Source: Myxococcales bacterium
GTDB lineage: Bacteria; Myxococcota; Myxococcia; Myxococcales; Anaeromyxobacteraceae
DNA length: 64,000 nucleotides
Direction: 5' to 3'
NCBI GenBank assembly: GCA_038320275.1
Contig: JBBQEB010000001.1
Coordinates: 1 to 64,000 of the forward strand
A program made the position numbers and the translations under genes. Position 1 is the first letter of the stretch; the number at the start of each line of letters is the position of its first letter. Below the pieces are notes generated by a model, which was given only the letters and a program-made list of their open reading frames with translations, did no database searches and had not been told where the DNA came from. This document shows positions 54,125 to 61,625 of the stretch, in pieces.

Positions 54125-55161
54125 GGCAGGTCTCCCAGGCTGGTCCCGTGCACGTGCACCAGGACCGCGGCGGCGGCTTCGTACAGCTCCTCGGGGATGG
54201 ATTCCCCGACGTCGGCGAGGCGGTGGAGCGCGCGGGCGAGCGCGATGTCGCGCACGATGGGGATTCCCGCCCGCCGAGCCTCGGCGCGCAGGCGCGCCGC
54301 CTCCGCCCCGAGCCCCTTCGCGAGCACCGTGGGCGCTTCGGCGCTCGCCCGGTCGTGATGGAGCGCGACCGCGACATGGGTGGGGTTCACGACGAGGCAA
54401 GTGGCCGCGCTCACGGGGGAGGCGCTCGAGAGCGACCTGTGCAGCCGGCGCCGCTCGCCGCGGAGCGAGGGATCGCCGTCCTCCTCGCGCCGATCCCGCG
54501 CCACCTCCTCGCGCGTCATGAGGAGCGCGCGCCGGTGCCGGCGGGCGGAGAGGGCCAGGTCGAGCGCGCCGAGAGCGAGGAGCAGCGCAGCGAGCTCGAG
54601 GGCGAGCTCGAAGGCCGTCCGGGCGCCGAGGGTCAGCGCCGCGCCCGGCGCGAGCCTGGGCGAGGCCATCAGGGCAGGCGCGGCGCCGCGGAGGTGCTGC
54701 CAGCCGAGCCCGAGCGCCCCGGCGGTCTGGAGCGCACCGAGGGCCGCGCGCGCGGCGCCCTCGCCCGAGACGATCCGTCGCAGTCCTGGGCCGAGGGCGA
54801 GTCGAGCCGTTCGAAAGTGGATCGCCTCGGGCGCGAAGAGCCCCCGCGCCTGGAGCGCGCCGGCGAGCAGGGCCGCTCCCGCCGCGGCCGCGCAGGGTGG
54901 GAGGGAGAGGCGCGCGAGGAGGGAGAGCGCTCCCAGGATCGCTCGCCAGGGCTCGACGAGCTCGACGGCCGAGCCGGCCAGGGCGCGCCGCAGCTCGCGG
55001 GCGAGGACCGCGGTGGAGGACCGCCCGGTGGCGGCGAGCGCGGCCAGTCCGGCCGCGAGCGCGACCGCGCCGGTGAGGAGGCGCGAGGTGGCGATCTCGC
55101 CCCGGCGGCGGGCCTCCCGCAGGCGGCGCGGGGAGGGCGGCTCGGTACGCCGCCCGCTCAC
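54121..55161 (-). CDS. sctU: Type III export switch protein SctU/FlhB
   Basis: RTEPPSPRRLREARRRG, MTREEVARDRREEDGDP, NPTH autocleavage motif, IPEELYEAAA. Confidence 0.9.
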   Translation of the reverse strand: MSGRRTEPPSPRRLREARRRGEIATSRLLTGAVALAAGLAALAATGRSSTAVLARELRRALAGSAVELVEPWRAILGALSLLARLSLPPCAAAAGAALLAGALQARGLFAPEAIHFRTARLALGPGLRRIVSGEGAARAALGALQTAGALGLGWQHLRGAAPALMASPRLAPGAALTLGARTAFELALELAALLLALGALDLALSARRHRRALLMTREEVARDRREEDGDPSLRGERRRLHRSLSSASPVSAATCLVVNPTHVAVALHHDRASAEAPTVLAKGLGAEAARLRAEARRAGIPIVRDIALARALHRLADVGESIPEELYEAAAAVLVHVHGTSLGDLP

Positions 55162-55931
55162 GGCTGCCCCCCGGAGAGGCTGCCGAGGAGGCGGGCCGAC
55201 AGGGCGACCCCGCTCACCATGCGGCCGGCGAGGGCGGCCGCCGGCAGCGCCAGCGCCAGGAGCCCGGCCGCAGCGCGCGCGGGCTGAGCTGCGCTGGAAG
55301 CTTGAAGCTGTGGGGCGAGGCGCGCCGCGAGGGCGAGGGCGAGGTCGGCCGCGAGCACGCCGGCGGCTGCGGGGGCGCCCAGGGCGAGCGCCAGGGAGAG
55401 GAGCTCGCCCGCGCTCGCCCCGGTCATGGCGAGGAGCCCGACCGAATGCGCAGCCGTCCCGGCGGGCACGGCGCGGAACGTCTCGAGGAGCGCGTGGACC
55501 ACCAACCGGTCGCCTCCCGCCGTCGCGGCCAGCACCACCAGCGCCTGCGCCAGGAGATCTCCGCTCGCCGACTCGCGCTGGCGGAGCGCCGCGACGTGCA
55601 GCTCGGCGAGCGTCGCGCCGCGCAAGGTGTCGATGAGACGGCCGCCCGCCCGTGCGGCCTCGAACGGCATGGACGCCACCAGCGCGAGCGCGGTGCCGAG
55701 CCCGAGCTCCCGGGCTCCCCCGGCGAGGACGGCGAGCCCGTCCGCGGTGAACGGCAGGCAGCCCCCCGCAGCCCAGGCCGAGGCGCCCAGCCCGAAGGCG
55801 AGCGCCAGGCGCACGATTCCCGGGACGAGCGGCCCGCCGAGAAAAGGGCAGAGCAGCGCCACCGGCAGGAGGCGAAGACCATGCAGCCCGGCAGCCAGGA
55901 TCGACGGCGCCAGATCGGAGACGGGGCTCAC
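55158..55931 (-). CDS. sctT: Type III export gate SctT/FliR (divergent)
   Basis: Hydrophobic; AGGRLIDTLRG, ARLAPQLQ; lies between sctS and sctU. Confidence 0.8.
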   Translation of the reverse strand: MSPVSDLAPSILAAGLHGLRLLPVALLCPFLGGPLVPGIVRLALAFGLGASAWAAGGCLPFTADGLAVLAGGARELGLGTALALVASMPFEAARAGGRLIDTLRGATLAELHVAALRQRESASGDLLAQALVVLAATAGGDRLVVHALLETFRAVPAGTAAHSVGLLAMTGASAGELLSLALALGAPAAAGVLAADLALALAARLAPQLQASSAAQPARAAAGLLALALPAAALAGRMVSGVALSARLLGSLSGGQP

Positions 55932-56194
55932 GGCGCGATCCGGGGGAGCAGCTCGAGGCAAGTGGCCGCGAAGCGGAGCACGCGTGCGCCGATCCAGGGG
56001 CCGGACACGCCAAGCGCGACGAGCACCGCCGCGAGACGGGGGACGACCGCGAGGCTGTTGTCCTGAACCTGCGTGGCGGCCTGAAGCACGCCCGTCACCA
56101 GGCCGACCGCGAGTGCCGCGAGCAGCGGCGGCGCCGAGACCACGAGGACGAGGAGCACCGCTTCGCGAGCGAGCCCGAGGAAGGTGGCGTCCAT
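55928..56194 (-). CDS. sctS: Type III export gate SctS/FliQ
   Basis: PPLLAALAVGLVTGVLQAATQVQDNSLAVVPRL..GPW. Confidence 0.9.
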   Translation of the reverse strand: MDATFLGLAREAVLLVLVVSAPPLLAALAVGLVTGVLQAATQVQDNSLAVVPRLAAVLVALGVSGPWIGARVLRFAATCLELLPRIAP

Positions 56195-56200
56195 GGCGGG

Positions 56201-56875
56201 TCAGCCCTGGTAGCCGAGGACGAGGGCGCGGGCGAGGAGCTTCCAGCCGTCCACGGCCACGAAGAGGAGGAGCTTGAAAGGCAGGGCGACGCTGGTGGGC
56301 GAGAGCTGCGTCAGCCCGAGCGCGAGCAGCACGTTCGCGACGAAGAGATCCACCACCAGGAAGGGCAGGAAGATGAGGAAGCCCATGGTGAAGGCGCGCC
56401 GCAGCTCGGAGACCACGAAGGCGGGCGCGAGCACCGCGAAGTCGGCGTCGCTCACCGAGGCTCGCCCCGCCGGAGGCCGGCCGCGTCGCGCCAGCTCCGC
56501 GAAGGTGGCGCGGTCGTCGGGCCTCGCGAACCGGGCGAGGAAGGCGCGCAAGGGCTCCGCGGCCTCGCCCGCGGCCTGCAGCGTGCGCTCCACCCCGCCA
56601 GGCCCCACCGCCCGGGCCCTGGCGTACGACTCCTCCGCCACTGGGCTCATCGCGAGAAAGGTGAGCACCAGGGCGAGGCCGGTGATGGCAGACGAGGGGG
56701 GGATCTGCGGCGCCCCCAGCGCGGAGCGCGTCACCGAGAGCACCACCGCCATCTTGAGGAAGGAGGTGACCATCACGAGAGCGATGGGCGCCAGGGCCAG
56801 GGCGCCCAGCAGCAGCAGGAGGTCGGCGGGTCGTTCGGCCATCCCGGCCGATGGAAGAGTGGCGAGGGCGATCAC
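56201..56875 (-). CDS. sctR: Type III export gate SctR/FliP
   Basis: VTSFLKMAVVL, ALGAPQIPP, PAFVVSELRRAF, FLPFLVVDL, LPFKLLLFVAVDGW. Confidence 0.92.
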   Translation of the reverse strand: MIALATLPSAGMAERPADLLLLLGALALAPIALVMVTSFLKMAVVLSVTRSALGAPQIPPSSAITGLALVLTFLAMSPVAEESYARARAVGPGGVERTLQAAGEAAEPLRAFLARFARPDDRATFAELARRGRPPAGRASVSDADFAVLAPAFVVSELRRAFTMGFLIFLPFLVVDLFVANVLLALGLTQLSPTSVALPFKLLLFVAVDGWKLLARALVLGYQG

Positions 56876-57207
56876 GGGAGGTCACCAGGGGACGCGCGGT
56901 GGAGGAGGGTCACGCCGGAAGCGCCGTAGCCCACCAGCAGTCGGTCGCCTCCGAGGGACAGCACGGCGACGCCGGTGTCACGGCCGAGGGCGTGCCGCTC
57001 GAGCACGGTGATCCGCGGGGCGGCGGCGGCGGAGGACCGGCGGCGTGCCAGGACGAGCCCGCCGGCCAGCAGCGCGACGAGACCGAGTCCCCGGAGCGCC
57101 ATCGCCGAGCCCGAGCCGCCGGCCAGCGCAGCGAGCGCGGCGAGGCCGAGGGCGCCGAGGAGCAGCGCCCGATCGCGGGCGCGGGCGGGGAGAGCACGGA
57201 GGGTCAT
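56872..57207 (-). CDS. fliO: FliO-like export-gate assembly factor
   Basis: TM then ITVLERHALGRDTGVAVLSLGGDRLLVGYGASGVTLL; lies between the FliN/SctQ and FliP/SctR genes as in flagellar operons. Confidence 0.7.
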   Translation of the reverse strand: MTLRALPARARDRALLLGALGLAALAALAGGSGSAMALRGLGLVALLAGGLVLARRRSSAAAAPRITVLERHALGRDTGVAVLSLGGDRLLVGYGASGVTLLHRASPGDLP

Positions 57208-58193
57208 GGCAGTGCGCCCACCTCGGCGATGCGCACGCCGAGGGTGCCACCGAGGTCGACGAGCTGTCCGCGCGCCACGGCGCGCTCGCCGGCGCGAAGC
57301 ACGACGGTGCCATCGGCGCGCACGTCGAGCGGGAGCGCGGCGCCCGGCTCGAGGCGCGCCAGCTCGCCCAGCGTGACGTTCACGCGCGCGATCTCGACGG
57401 CGAGGGTGATGGGATAGCTGGCCTGAGTCTCGGTCATGCGGATCTCCTCGACGTGAAGGAAGTGAGACTCTCGGCGGCCTCGCACCTCGAGACCCCCGGG
57501 CAGCACGAGCGCGGCCGGAGGCGCGGGGTGGTCGAGCACGAGCACGTCGCCGGGCGCGAGGGGCGCGAGCTCCTCCAGCGCGAGCGAGCACGCGCCGTCC
57601 CGCAGCGAGCACCCCACCTGCGCAAAAGCGGCGGCCTCCGGCAGCTCCGGCGCTCCCGCCGCGAGGTGGGCGATGGCAGCGGGATCGATGAGGAGGCGGG
57701 CGGTCCCGCGGTCCGGGCCGAGCTGGAGCTGCAGATCGATGGCGAGCGCGCCGCCCGTGAGGAGCTGCGAGGGGGGCTCGGAGGCCAGCCGGGGAACGAG
57801 CGCGCCCGCCGGGGTGGACGTCACTGCATCGATGGCCACCAGCGCGAGCAGCTCGAGGACGCTCGACTCGGCCTCGGTCGCGGCGAGCACGGCCGGCAGG
57901 GCGCCGGACGCGCCCGCCAGACGCCGCAGGGCGCGGGCGACGAGCGCCGCGTCCACCTCGAGCCACGCGCCGGCCCCGACCGCTTCGAGGCAGAAGCCCA
58001 CGCGGGCGAGCCCGGGTCCGCCGCGACGCGCGGGCGGGGCGAGGGGGGTCGCCGTGATCTGCACCGGGACCCCCAGCAGCGCCCCGACGGCACCGGCCGC
58101 AGCGTCCAGGGCGGCGCGCCCTGCGGACCGGGCGGGGGGCGCCAGCAGCGCGAACCCGCGGGACACGCTGGGGAGGATGAAGGGGAGCGGCAT
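57204..58193 (-). CDS. sctQ: SctQ/FliM-FliN C-ring protein with two SPOA-like segments
   Basis: LEELAPLAPGDVLVL and ITLAVEIARVNVTLGELARLEPGAAL..VARGQLVDLGGTLGVRI. Confidence 0.8.
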   Translation of the reverse strand: MPLPFILPSVSRGFALLAPPARSAGRAALDAAAGAVGALLGVPVQITATPLAPPARRGGPGLARVGFCLEAVGAGAWLEVDAALVARALRRLAGASGALPAVLAATEAESSVLELLALVAIDAVTSTPAGALVPRLASEPPSQLLTGGALAIDLQLQLGPDRGTARLLIDPAAIAHLAAGAPELPEAAAFAQVGCSLRDGACSLALEELAPLAPGDVLVLDHPAPPAALVLPGGLEVRGRRESHFLHVEEIRMTETQASYPITLAVEIARVNVTLGELARLEPGAALPLDVRADGTVVLRAGERAVARGQLVDLGGTLGVRIAEVGALP

Positions 58194-58311
58194 GCACGAC
58201 CCTTGTCCACGGCGCGTGCCAGCCCGGACAGGCCCGCGGGAGCGCTCGCGAGGGCCGCTGCCCGGGCGCGGCGCGCCCCGCCCGTCCGTCCGGCGGCCGA
58301 GCTCCGCGAGG

Positions 58312-58605
58312 TCAGCGAGAAGAGCCCCCTCGGCAGGAGAGTGCGTCCCCGCCCACGCGGAGGTCGCGCGCGAGGCGGGCGAGGAGCGGCGGGAGGAGGA
58401 GCTCGCATCCCGGAGGCGGGCGGCCGCTCACGAGGCAGGCGGACAGAGCTTGCAGGCGCTCCCCCCGCGAAAGCGCACCCAGGCGCGCCGCCTCCAGGGA
58501 TGCAGCCGCCCCGTGCGGCCCGGCGATGTGCGCGAGGAGCCGGCCGGCGCGTGCGGGGGCGAGCGCCGCCGCCACCGCCGCCAGCCGCCCCAGCCGCGGC
58601 GTCAC
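58312..58605 (-). CDS. Hypothetical protein in the SctK position
   Basis: GTG overlaps the sctJ stop; Ala/Leu/Arg-rich; identity rests on position only. Confidence 0.45.
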   Translation of the reverse strand: MTPRLGRLAAVAAALAPARAGRLLAHIAGPHGAAASLEAARLGALSRGERLQALSACLVSGRPPPGCELLLPPLLARLARDLRVGGDALSCRGGSSR

Positions 58606-59450
58606 GGCGCGTCACCCGGTGGCGGAGCCGCTCCGCCGGTGGTCGCCGCCCGCCGCGCGAGCTCCAGGAGCTTTCGCCACAGGGGCGCGGAGCCCCTGCC
58701 GCCCGAGAGCAGCGCGAAACCCCCGAGCGCCGCCAGCAGCGCACCGGCGAGGAGCGTCCGGCGAGGCGTTCTCGCCGGCGGCGCGGCCGGGCGGGAGCGG
58801 GCGCCCTCCGCGACAAGCACTGACACGGCGGCTGCGTCGAGACCGGGGACCGCCCCGGCCACGAGCGAACGCACCCCCGCCGCCATGGGCTCCACCTCGC
58901 CCCGGGCGCCGGCCCTCACCTTGAGCAGGACCGCGGCGCGAGGGGGTGGTGCGGACTCGGGGCGGAGGGGATCGGGAGGGGGAAGCGCCAGGTGGACCCG
59001 GGCTTCCACCACTCCCTCGATGGACTGGAGGGTGCGGGCCAGCTCTCCGGAGAGGGCGTGGAGGTACAGGGCGCGCTCCTCGGAGGCGGTGGGTACCACG
59101 CTCGTCTTGCCGAAGACCTCCGCGAAGCCGGGTGGCCGCGGGCGTGCGAGCTCGCCCTCGGTCACGATGCCGCGGGCGCGAGGCGCGTCGGAGGCCGGGA
59201 CTTCCACCCGCCAGCCCCCTTCGGATCCCTCCTCGCGCCGCTTCTCGGCCGCGATCCCGTCGCGATCCAGCGCGACCACCACGCGGTTCGCCTGCCTCTC
59301 GTCGAGGCCGTGGAGGAGCTCCTCCCGGCCGCAGCCTGCGAAGGCGACCAGACCGAGGAGGAGGAGGGCGGGGGCTCGGGTCGGGGTCGCGGTCGGGATC
59401 AGGGTCGCGGTCGCCCGTCGGCGAGGTCGTTCGTTCACGGTGCGCTCCAC
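58602..59450 (-). CDS. sctJ: SctJ/YscJ-like inner ring lipoprotein
   Basis: LVAFAG-C lipobox, LLHGLDERQAN, ELARTLQSIEGVVEARVHLALP, LVAGAVPGL, C-terminal TM; far shorter than FliF. Confidence 0.85.
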   Translation of the reverse strand: MERTVNERPRRRATATLIPTATPTRAPALLLLGLVAFAGCGREELLHGLDERQANRVVVALDRDGIAAEKRREEGSEGGWRVEVPASDAPRARGIVTEGELARPRPPGFAEVFGKTSVVPTASEERALYLHALSGELARTLQSIEGVVEARVHLALPPPDPLRPESAPPPRAAVLLKVRAGARGEVEPMAAGVRSLVAGAVPGLDAAAVSVLVAEGARSRPAAPPARTPRRTLLAGALLAALGGFALLSGGRGSAPLWRKLLELARRAATTGGAAPPPGDAP

Positions 59451-59451
59451 T

Positions 59452-59805
59452 TCAAACCTGCGTGTTCACGGCCTGCTTGATGGTGGAGACGCCTGCCTCG
59501 ACCACCTTGGACGCCAGGTCCACCGTCTGTGAATAGCGGTAGGCGTCCGCTTGCAGCGCGAGGAGCTCCTGGGGGCGAAAAGTCTGGCCGCTGCGGGCGG
59601 CGGCGATGGCGCCGTCGAGCCGGGCGCGCGCGCCCTCGATGGCGGCGAGCGCGATGCGGGCGGGGCTCTGCGCAGGCAAGGCCGCGGCGCAGGGCGGCGG
59701 ATGTGCGGCGCTGGCGCGGAGAGCGGCGCCGAACGAGGGGCGGGGCGCGATGGGTGGAGCGGTGGCGCGCGCGACCGCCACGCCGCCGAGTGCGGGGAGG
59801 GCCAT
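59452..59805 (-). CDS. SctI-like inner rod protein (putative)
   Basis: C-terminal PQELLALQADAYRYSQTVDLASKVVEAGVSTIKQAVNTQV resembles PrgJ/YscI; directly upstream of sctJ. Confidence 0.6.
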   Translation of the reverse strand: MALPALGGVAVARATAPPIAPRPSFGAALRASAAHPPPCAAALPAQSPARIALAAIEGARARLDGAIAAARSGQTFRPQELLALQADAYRYSQTVDLASKVVEAGVSTIKQAVNTQV

Positions 59806-59810
59806 GGCGG

Positions 59811-60224
59811 TCAGTGGATGTTGTTGATGGCGGCCTTGGCGCTATCGTGCCGGACCTTCATCACGTTCGTCACCGCCGTGAATTCGCGGCTCTCGCGCTG
59901 CATGCCTTCCTGGAGCTGCAGGTACTGGAGGTTGAAGGTCTGGGCCTCCTGCTGCAGCGCGCGGGTGGCGTCGAGCACGTCCCCTCCACCGCCGCCCGGG
60001 AGCGGGGCTCCCGCGATCCCCAGCCCGTTGCCGGGCGCAGCCGCGGCCCGCAGGGCCCCCGCCAGCACGGCGCCGCCGGGCACGAACGGAGCGGCGAGCG
60101 ACACCGAGCTCGCGACGGTGGAGGCGACCGAGGAGGCCGCGCTGCGGAGCGCGGTGCTGAAGCGGCCGGGCTCGGCCTTGCGTTCGGTGGAGGGTGCGAC
60201 GACGAGCGATCCGATGCGTTCCAT
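59811..60224 (-). CDS. SctF-like needle/filament subunit (putative)
   Basis: C-terminal YLQLQEGMQRESREFTAVTNVMKVRHDSAKAAINNIH resembles needle-subunit C-termini; GGAAAGGA RBS; first gene of the operon. Confidence 0.6.
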   Translation of the reverse strand: MERIGSLVVAPSTERKAEPGRFSTALRSAASSVASTVASSVSLAAPFVPGGAVLAGALRAAAAPGNGLGIAGAPLPGGGGGDVLDATRALQQEAQTFNLQYLQLQEGMQRESREFTAVTNVMKVRHDSAKAAINNIH

Positions 60225-60252
60225 GGAGGGTCCTTTCCCTCCTCGCCGCCGG

Positions 60253-60268
60253 AGCAACGCGCGTGCCG
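60253..60268 (-). promoter_or_regulatory. Sigma54 -24/-12 promoter of the T3SS-like operon
   Basis: Minus strand CGGCACG-CGCG-TTGCT, 28 bp upstream of the ATG at 60224. Confidence 0.7.
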
Positions 60269-60389
60269 CCGGCCCCGAGCGCGCCGCTTCCGGAGCCCAC
60301 GCTCTTTCCACCGCTTCGAAGGGAGCGCTCGACGGCCGTCCCGCCGACCCTGCGTCCGCCGCGCGTGCTGTCGCGGCCCGCTCCGCCGG

Positions 60390-61520
60390 TCAGGTGACCG
60401 TGGCGCCGAAGAGCCGCCCCACGCCGTAGGTGATGCCGGCCGCGAGCGCGCCCAGCGCCAGCATCCGCGCGCCCCCACGCCAGGGGCTCGTCCCGGACAG
60501 GAACCCCACCAGCATCCCCACCCCCCCCAGGACCACGCCAGCGACGCCGGCGGCGACCAGCACGGCCGCCGTGCCCGCCAGGAAGAGGAACGGGATCACC
60601 GGGACCGCCGCGCCGATCGCGAACATCACGAAGGACGACCCGGCCGCCTGCACCGGCGAGCCGAGGTCTTCGGGATCGAGCCCCAGTTCCTCGCGCACCA
60701 GGGTGTCGAGCGCGTGATCGGGGTTCTTGAAGATCTCCGTCGCGGTCTGGGTGGCCTGCTCCGGCGAGAGCCCCTTCCCCTGGAAGATGAGGGCGAGCTC
60801 GGCCGCCTCCTCCTCCGGAGCCTCCTCCACCTCGCGCTTCTCCATGTCGATCTGCCGGGCCAAGAGGTCGCGCTGGCTCGCGACCGAGGTGTACTCGCCG
60901 ACGGCCATGGACGAGGCTCCGGCCAAGAGCCCGGCAAAGCCGGTGACGAGGAGGGTGCGGGTGTCGTGCACCGCCCCCGCGACGCCGAGCACGAGCGACA
61001 GGTTCGAGACCAGCCCGTCGTTCATCCCGAAGATGGCGGCCCGCACCGCGCCGGCTCGCCCGCCGCCTCGATGCCAGCGCTCGCGCACCGAGATGGCGCC
61101 GCGCGCGCCGTCCGGGGCGCTGCCCTTCATCACCTGCAGCCGCTCGCGATGCTCCCGCTCCTCCTCCGCCATGGCGGTGGCGGACGCTCCGCCCTGCTGC
61201 CGGTACTTCTCCGCGTCGTTGCCCTCGTTCTCCACCACCAGCGGGAGCACGGCCGCAGTGCCGAGCCGGCGCGCGAGCCAGAGGAGCGTCCGCACCCGCG
61301 AGGACGGGCGCTCCGGGGGCAGCGGCGCGCCCGCATCCTGGAGCTTGCGCGTCCAGACGTCGGCATGGCGCCGCTCCCCGGCGGCCAGGTCGCGAAAGGA
61401 ACGGGCGCGCTCCGGGTCCTTCTCCACCGCGGCGAGCCCCTCGTAGAGCGCCGCGCCGTCCCACTCATCGACGAGGTTCTGCAGCCAGAGGTGGGCGCGG
61501 GGGTGCGGGGCGACGGCCAT
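60390..61520 (-). CDS. Ferritin/rubrerythrin-like domain fused to a VIT1/CCC1 transporter
   Basis: N-terminal ExxH motifs (ERRH, EREH); IFGMNDGLVSN, AGASSMAVGEYTSV. Confidence 0.88.
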   Translation of the reverse strand: MAVAPHPRAHLWLQNLVDEWDGAALYEGLAAVEKDPERARSFRDLAAGERRHADVWTRKLQDAGAPLPPERPSSRVRTLLWLARRLGTAAVLPLVVENEGNDAEKYRQQGGASATAMAEEEREHRERLQVMKGSAPDGARGAISVRERWHRGGGRAGAVRAAIFGMNDGLVSNLSLVLGVAGAVHDTRTLLVTGFAGLLAGASSMAVGEYTSVASQRDLLARQIDMEKREVEEAPEEEAAELALIFQGKGLSPEQATQTATEIFKNPDHALDTLVREELGLDPEDLGSPVQAAGSSFVMFAIGAAVPVIPFLFLAGTAAVLVAAGVAGVVLGGVGMLVGFLSGTSPWRGGARMLALGALAAGITYGVGRLFGATVT

Positions 61521-61625
61521 TCGCCCCACTTAACGGAGCGGAGCGCCCGCCACAGGCTGCGCCGCCACCGCTCGCCTCCCGCGGAGGCCCGCGCTATAAG
61601 AACCCCCCTTCCCGGAGCCCCAAAC

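Noticed and set aside
52094..60224. Ordinary flagellar biosynthesis cluster
   Set aside because: No FliF-length ring, FliG, rod, hook or flagellin genes; the ring protein is a short SctJ-type lipoprotein.
52094..60224. Pseudogenised T3SS remnant
   Set aside because: No frameshifts or internal stops seen in the export-gate genes; start/stop overlaps, NPTH and FHIPEP motifs are intact.
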